Below, piece by piece: positions 59,525 through 64,000 of a stretch of DNA of 64,000 nt. The stretch spans positions 1 to 64,000 of the forward strand of contig JAVZLH010000001.1 in assembly GCA_038883855.1 (NCBI GenBank). Direction: 5' to 3'. The position numbers and the translations under genes are program-made. Under the pieces are notes generated by a model. The model ran no database searches and was not told where the DNA came from. It was given only the letters and a program-made list of their open reading frames with translations. Numbering within the stretch: position 1 is the stretch's first letter; each line of letters begins with the position of its first letter. The stretch comes from Candidatus Bathyarchaeia archaeon (GTDB lineage: Archaea; Thermoproteota; Bathyarchaeia; Bathyarchaeales; Bathycorpusculaceae).

Positions 59525-60040
59525 ATGTGCATCCTTGGTAAAGATAGGCTTAAAGAGCTTATTGAAAAGTATAAGTGCATATATCCCTATGACTATAATC
59601 TGCTCGATGGGGACAGTTACATTCTGACAGTTAAGGAGGAAACAACTCTGCACTATTTAGAACATAAAAACCTAATATCCTATGAGATAGTGTTTACTCC
59701 ACCAAACTATGTTGCCCATCTGACAGCCAAAAGCAAATACGGGCGCATGGGTTTATCCTTCCTAAACGCGGCCAAAGTCCATAGCGGGTTTGTCGGGAGA
59801 CTTGCCTTAGAACTAGTGAACTTAAGCAATGACCGTTGCCCGATCACAATTAAACGTGGAGACCCCTTTATGCACATTGAATTCGTGACGAGGGAAGGGG
59901 AACCTTCACCTTACATGGGGGAGTACCAGTTCCAATATCTGACAAACGAAGAAATGCAGATGTACATACCAATCTTAAAAAAGGTTTTTCCAAACTACGA
60001 TGAACTTGCTAAAGTCTGGCTCAAAAACAAGCGACTTTAA
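59525..60040 (+). CDS. Divergent dCTP deaminase/dUTPase-family protein
   Basis: KSKYGRMGL...GFVGRLALELVN...YMGEYQ motifs. Confidence 0.7.
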   Translation: MCILGKDRLKELIEKYKCIYPYDYNLLDGDSYILTVKEETTLHYLEHKNLISYEIVFTPPNYVAHLTAKSKYGRMGLSFLNAAKVHSGFVGRLALELVNLSNDRCPITIKRGDPFMHIEFVTREGEPSPYMGEYQFQYLTNEEMQMYIPILKKVFPNYDELAKVWLKNKRL

Positions 60041-60168
60041 GCATATATAAAACTTTACTCCTCATAATTATTGCTGGTAATAACTTGAAATTCATAACTT
60101 TAATCAAAAAAGTTAACTCTACAAATCGTTTAAATATCACCGTAATCGTATGCTGAAGAGGATGTCTC

Positions 60169-60687
60169 ATGCGCGCAAAAAATTACCGAGCTGTAAAAGG
60201 GCAGCCCTACACTAGGAGAGAGTTTGTAAAAGGCTTTCCCCCTCCGAAAATAACTAAATTTACTATGGGAGATACTAAGGCAAAATTTGAATTTGAAGTT
60301 AAACTTATAGCCACGGAAAGGGCTCAAGTGCGTCACAATGCTCTAGAGGCAGCGCGGGTTGCGGCAAACCGTCTGTTGATGGATAAACTTGTAAACAACT
60401 ACCGCTTACAAGTTCGCCCTTACCCGCACGTAATCCTTAGAGAAAACAAAATGATTTTTGGCGCACATGCCGACCGCCTCCAAGATGGCATGCGAAGAGC
60501 TTTTGGAAAACCTATTGGAACCGCAGCCCGAATTGAACCGAATCAAGCGATAATAACGGTTAACGTGAATGCTGACGGAATCGAAGTAGCCAAAGAAGCC
60601 TTGAAACGTGGAAGCGCCAAACTTCCAATTCCATGCAAAATAGTTGTTGAAAAAGCGTTAAAAGAAGAGGTGAAGAGTGTTGAGTGA
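60169..60687 (+). CDS. rpl10e: 50S ribosomal protein L10e (uL16)
   Basis: ALEAARV and RENKM...ADRLQDGMRRAFGKP motifs. Confidence 0.96.
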   Translation: MRAKNYRAVKGQPYTRREFVKGFPPPKITKFTMGDTKAKFEFEVKLIATERAQVRHNALEAARVAANRLLMDKLVNNYRLQVRPYPHVILRENKMIFGAHADRLQDGMRRAFGKPIGTAARIEPNQAIITVNVNADGIEVAKEALKRGSAKLPIPCKIVVEKALKEEVKSVE

Positions 60688-63136
60688 AGCAAGGAGTGAC
60701 CTTATCATTTGGTTTGAAAATTTAAGAAAGACCGACATCCCTATTGTTGGCGGGAAGAACGCTAACTTAGGCGAAATGATAAGTGCTGGCATACCGGTTC
60801 CACCTGGCTTTGCTATCACAGTATACTCCTACAAAAAATTCATCGAGGAAACAGGGATAGCAGCAAAAATTTATGAAATAATTAAGGAAACTATGAGCAA
60901 CCCAAGCGATCCCGCACAGTATGGGATAGCTTCTAAAAAAATTCGCCAATTGATAGAATCAACACCAATGCCGAAAGAAATTGTCGATGCAATAAAGTCC
61001 GCTTACGAAGAATTAAGCAGGGGGGTCGGCATTAAAGATGTTTATGTTGCTGTAAGGTCAAGCGCAACAGCTGAAGACTTGGTCGACGCCTCCTTTGCTG
61101 GGCAACAAGAAACATACTTGAACGTGAAAGGTGTGGATGAAGTTTTAGAGAAAACCGTGAAATGCTGGTCAAGCCTCTTCAGTCCACGCGCGATATTTTA
61201 CCGTACTGAGAAGGGATTTGCCCATGAGAAAGTTTTCATAAGTGTTGGTGTTCAGAAGATGGTGAATTCAAAAGCAGCTGGAGTTATGTTCACAATAAAC
61301 CCTGTTACCGGGGATCCAAATCAGATTGTTATTGAGGGTAACTATGGTTTAGGTGAATCCGTTGTTTCTGGGGCAGTCACTCCAGATGATTTTGTTGTTG
61401 ACAAAAGAACTTTGAAGATAATTAGGAAAAAAGTTTCAAGAAAAACAGTGCAGTACATTCGCGACCCGAAAACGGGGAAAACCGTCCATTTGGCAGTTCC
61501 TGCGGAGAAGCAAGAACAGCCATGTATAAGTGACGAAGAAATTTTGAAACTTGCCGAATTGGCAATACGCATCGAAAAACATTATGGGACAGCCCAAGAC
61601 ATTGAATGGGCTATTGACAGTGACATACCTTTCCCAAACAACATATTTATATTGCAATCGAGACCAGAAACGGTTTGGAGCTTAAAACCTGCAGAGGCTC
61701 CGAAGGCTGAAGCTCTTGAAATTAAGCCTGCAGAAACGGTTAAAGTTGTAGTTAAGGGAATTGCAGCTGGCAAAAGAGACATTGGCGTTGGAAAGGCAAA
61801 GGTAATTCTGAATCCAGCAGAAGTCGCTAAGGTCATGCAGAAAGGCGACATACTAGTCACTGACATGACGAACCCAGACTATGTGCCCTTCATGAAATTA
61901 GCCAGCGCCATAGTTACGGATAAAGGTGGAGTGACATGTCATGCTGCAATTGTGAGTCGGGAACTTGGTGTACCCTGCGTAGTTGGAACAGAAAACGCGA
62001 CCAAAATCATGGTTACAGGTAAAGATTACACTGTGGATGCGAGAAGCGGAGTAGTCTACGAGGGGGTAGTGGCGACGTTGATAGATCAACCGAAAAAGGT
62101 GACTTCTGTAACCCCCGTGTCTTCATCATTGTTTGGGATTATTGAGTCTGTTCCTGTGACAGCAACGAAAATTTACATGAACTTAGGCGTGCCTGAAAAA
62201 ATCGAGGAGTATAAGGATCTACCTTTTGAGGGTATAGGGCTTATGCGCATAGAATTCATTTTGACAAGCCACATAGGCGAACATCCGCTTTATCTAATTG
62301 AAACTGGCCAAAGCCAAAAGTTTGTGGACAAACTCGCCGGTGGAATAGCCACAGTGGCAAGGGCGATTCAACCACGTCCAGTTGTTGTCCGTTTCAGCGA
62401 CTTCAAAACAAACGAGTATAGAGAGTTAAAGGGCGGAGAAAAATATGAGATTGTTGAAGCCAACCCTATGCTTGGGTGGAGAGGGTGCAGTCGCTACATA
62501 AGCCAATGGTACGAAAAAGCCTTCAGACTCGAGTGCCAAGCCATAGTGAAATGCCGCAAAGAATGGGGTTTAAAGAACGTTTGGGTCATGTTGCCAGTGG
62601 TCAGAACCGTTTGGGAAGCCAAAAAATGCTTAGAAATCATGAAAGAAGAAGGGCTGGAAAGAACAAAAGACTTTAAGATATGGTTTATGGCTGAAACGCC
62701 ATCCATAGCAATTCTTGCAGACGAGTTTTCCAAGCTATGTGATGGTTTCTCAATAGGCTCCAACGACATGACGCAAGGAATACTCATGATTGACAGAGAC
62801 TCCGAACGCTTGGGGCAAATGGGCTACTTCGACGAAAGAGACCCTGCAGTAAAACGCATAATAGCACATCTAATTAAAGTCGCTCATGAAAACGGATGCA
62901 CAGTCTCAATATGTGGAGAAGGGCCATCAAACCTGCCAGATTTTACAGAGTTTCTCGTAAGGGCTGGTATTGACAGCATATCTGTGAACAACGACGCGGT
63001 AATAGCCACCAAAAAGCTTGTGGCAAGCATAGAACAGAAAATAATTCTTGAGCGGCTTGCTGAACAGCGCGAAAGAGCCTTAGGGCGCCCAATCCAGACG
63101 CCGAAGCAAGATTGGGAATGGACGCCGCGATGGTAA
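60677..63136 (+). CDS. ppsA: Phosphoenolpyruvate synthase
   Basis: VGGKNANLGE, RSSA.AED...SFAGQ, TCHAAIVSRE and SIGSND motifs. Confidence 0.95.
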   Translation: MLSEARSDLIIWFENLRKTDIPIVGGKNANLGEMISAGIPVPPGFAITVYSYKKFIEETGIAAKIYEIIKETMSNPSDPAQYGIASKKIRQLIESTPMPKEIVDAIKSAYEELSRGVGIKDVYVAVRSSATAEDLVDASFAGQQETYLNVKGVDEVLEKTVKCWSSLFSPRAIFYRTEKGFAHEKVFISVGVQKMVNSKAAGVMFTINPVTGDPNQIVIEGNYGLGESVVSGAVTPDDFVVDKRTLKIIRKKVSRKTVQYIRDPKTGKTVHLAVPAEKQEQPCISDEEILKLAELAIRIEKHYGTAQDIEWAIDSDIPFPNNIFILQSRPETVWSLKPAEAPKAEALEIKPAETVKVVVKGIAAGKRDIGVGKAKVILNPAEVAKVMQKGDILVTDMTNPDYVPFMKLASAIVTDKGGVTCHAAIVSRELGVPCVVGTENATKIMVTGKDYTVDARSGVVYEGVVATLIDQPKKVTSVTPVSSSLFGIIESVPVTATKIYMNLGVPEKIEEYKDLPFEGIGLMRIEFILTSHIGEHPLYLIETGQSQKFVDKLAGGIATVARAIQPRPVVVRFSDFKTNEYRELKGGEKYEIVEANPMLGWRGCSRYISQWYEKAFRLECQAIVKCRKEWGLKNVWVMLPVVRTVWEAKKCLEIMKEEGLERTKDFKIWFMAETPSIAILADEFSKLCDGFSIGSNDMTQGILMIDRDSERLGQMGYFDERDPAVKRIIAHLIKVAHENGCTVSICGEGPSNLPDFTEFLVRAGIDSISVNNDAVIATKKLVASIEQKIILERLAEQRERALGRPIQTPKQDWEWTPRW

Positions 63137-63201
63137 GAATAAGCAAAGCAAATTCTGAACCGATTTCCCTTTAACGATACCGAAAATTTGGATGTATAAA
63201 C

Positions 63202-64000
63202 ATGAAGCATTTCGATTTTGAAGAGGAAAGGGTTAAACAAAAAATACTGGAGATTGGGGCAAAAAGAGTTTTAATTCAGCTTCCCGAGGGATTGAAAAAC
63301 GAGGCTATTCGCCTTTCAAAAATCGTTGAAAAGGCGGGAGCTTTGCCAATAATTTCCGCAGACCCTTGTTATGGCGCGTGTGACTTAGCAACTGCGGAAG
63401 CCGAAAGTTTAGATGCAGACTTAATAGTTCATTACGGTCATGCTAAAATGATAAAATATGAAAAAGTGCCTACACTTTACGTTGAAGCAAGGGCAACAAT
63501 CTCAGTAGAAGACGTTGTTAAGGAAGCTTTACCTCTTATGGAAAAATGGCGAAAAATAGGGCTAGCCACAACAGTGCAACACGTGCAAACCATCGATGTT
63601 GCCAAAGAAATTTTACTCCATGCTGGCAAAACCGTCGTCGTTGGCGATGCCGGACGGATGCATTACCCTGGGCAAGTGATTGGATGCGACTATAGCAACG
63701 CGAGGTCGGTGGCTGGAGACGTTGACGCTTTCCTCTTTGTTGGAGGCGGGCGCTTTCATGCTCTGGGCGTGGGGGTTTCCACATTTAAACCTACAATAAT
63801 CGCAGACCCCTACGAAAAAAGGGCCTATTCGATAGATGAGGCTGTTCAAAAAGTTCTTAAGCAAAGGTGGGCATGCGTCGAAGAAGTGTTGGAAGCAAAG
63901 ATTTTTGCGGTTTTAATAGGGTTGAAAACCGGGCAGAAGAGGCTTGATATAGCCTTTAACGTAAAGGAAAAACTTGAAAAAAGCGGCAAAACTGTTTATC
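63202..64000 (+). CDS. dph2: Diphthamide biosynthesis enzyme Dph2, partial (runs off the window)
   Basis: QLPEGLK, DPCYGACD, HYGH, GQVIGCD and GGRFHA motifs. Confidence 0.92.
   Translation, partial: MKHFDFEEERVKQKILEIGAKRVLIQLPEGLKNEAIRLSKIVEKAGALPIISADPCYGACDLATAEAESLDADLIVHYGHAKMIKYEKVPTLYVEARATISVEDVVKEALPLMEKWRKIGLATTVQHVQTIDVAKEILLHAGKTVVVGDAGRMHYPGQVIGCDYSNARSVAGDVDAFLFVGGGRFHALGVGVSTFKPTIIADPYEKRAYSIDEAVQKVLKQRWACVEEVLEAKIFAVLIGLKTGQKRLDIAFNVKEKLEKSGKTVY

Noticed and set aside
166-63864. Numerous short antisense ORFs in the six-frame track
   Set aside because: They shadow well-supported genes on the opposite strand and lack recognisable motifs

Overview
Archaeal chromosomal window made up mostly of core genes. 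Gene content and order (PolD, Cdc6, GGGP synthase, Alba, Hel308, Pus10, fused Alg14-Alg13) suggest a Bathyarchaeia-like TACK archaeon; this assignment is inference. The window contains the probable replication origin: three ORB elements and an AT-rich unwinding region at 26.34-27.08 kb, upstream of cdc6 and between the DP1 and DP2 PolD genes. Other loci: a glycosylation cluster, an IscS-like/IscU/SufS Fe-S operon, a heavily frameshifted ~1200-aa surface subtilase, an intron-containing tRNA-Ser(CGA), a box C/D sRNA not shown in the ORF track, porGDAB, a moeA pair, and an SRP54-Pus10-L21e-Rpo4-KsgA-L10e-ppsA-dph2 block. The most striking unexplained structure lies directly beside oriC. Three uncharacterised HTH/wHTH genes, one encoding a membrane-anchored coiled-coil wHTH protein, are interleaved with dense arrays of a TGTGA(T/C) motif, including four copies of a 19-bp TGTGAY-RTCACA-N-RTCACA unit. 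This is a candidate centromere-like origin tethering or segregation system. Second is an IscS paralog that has lost several PLP- and substrate-binding residues but keeps its catalytic-loop Cys, paired with a canonical SufS. All product calls come from motif recognition by eye; no database searches were run.
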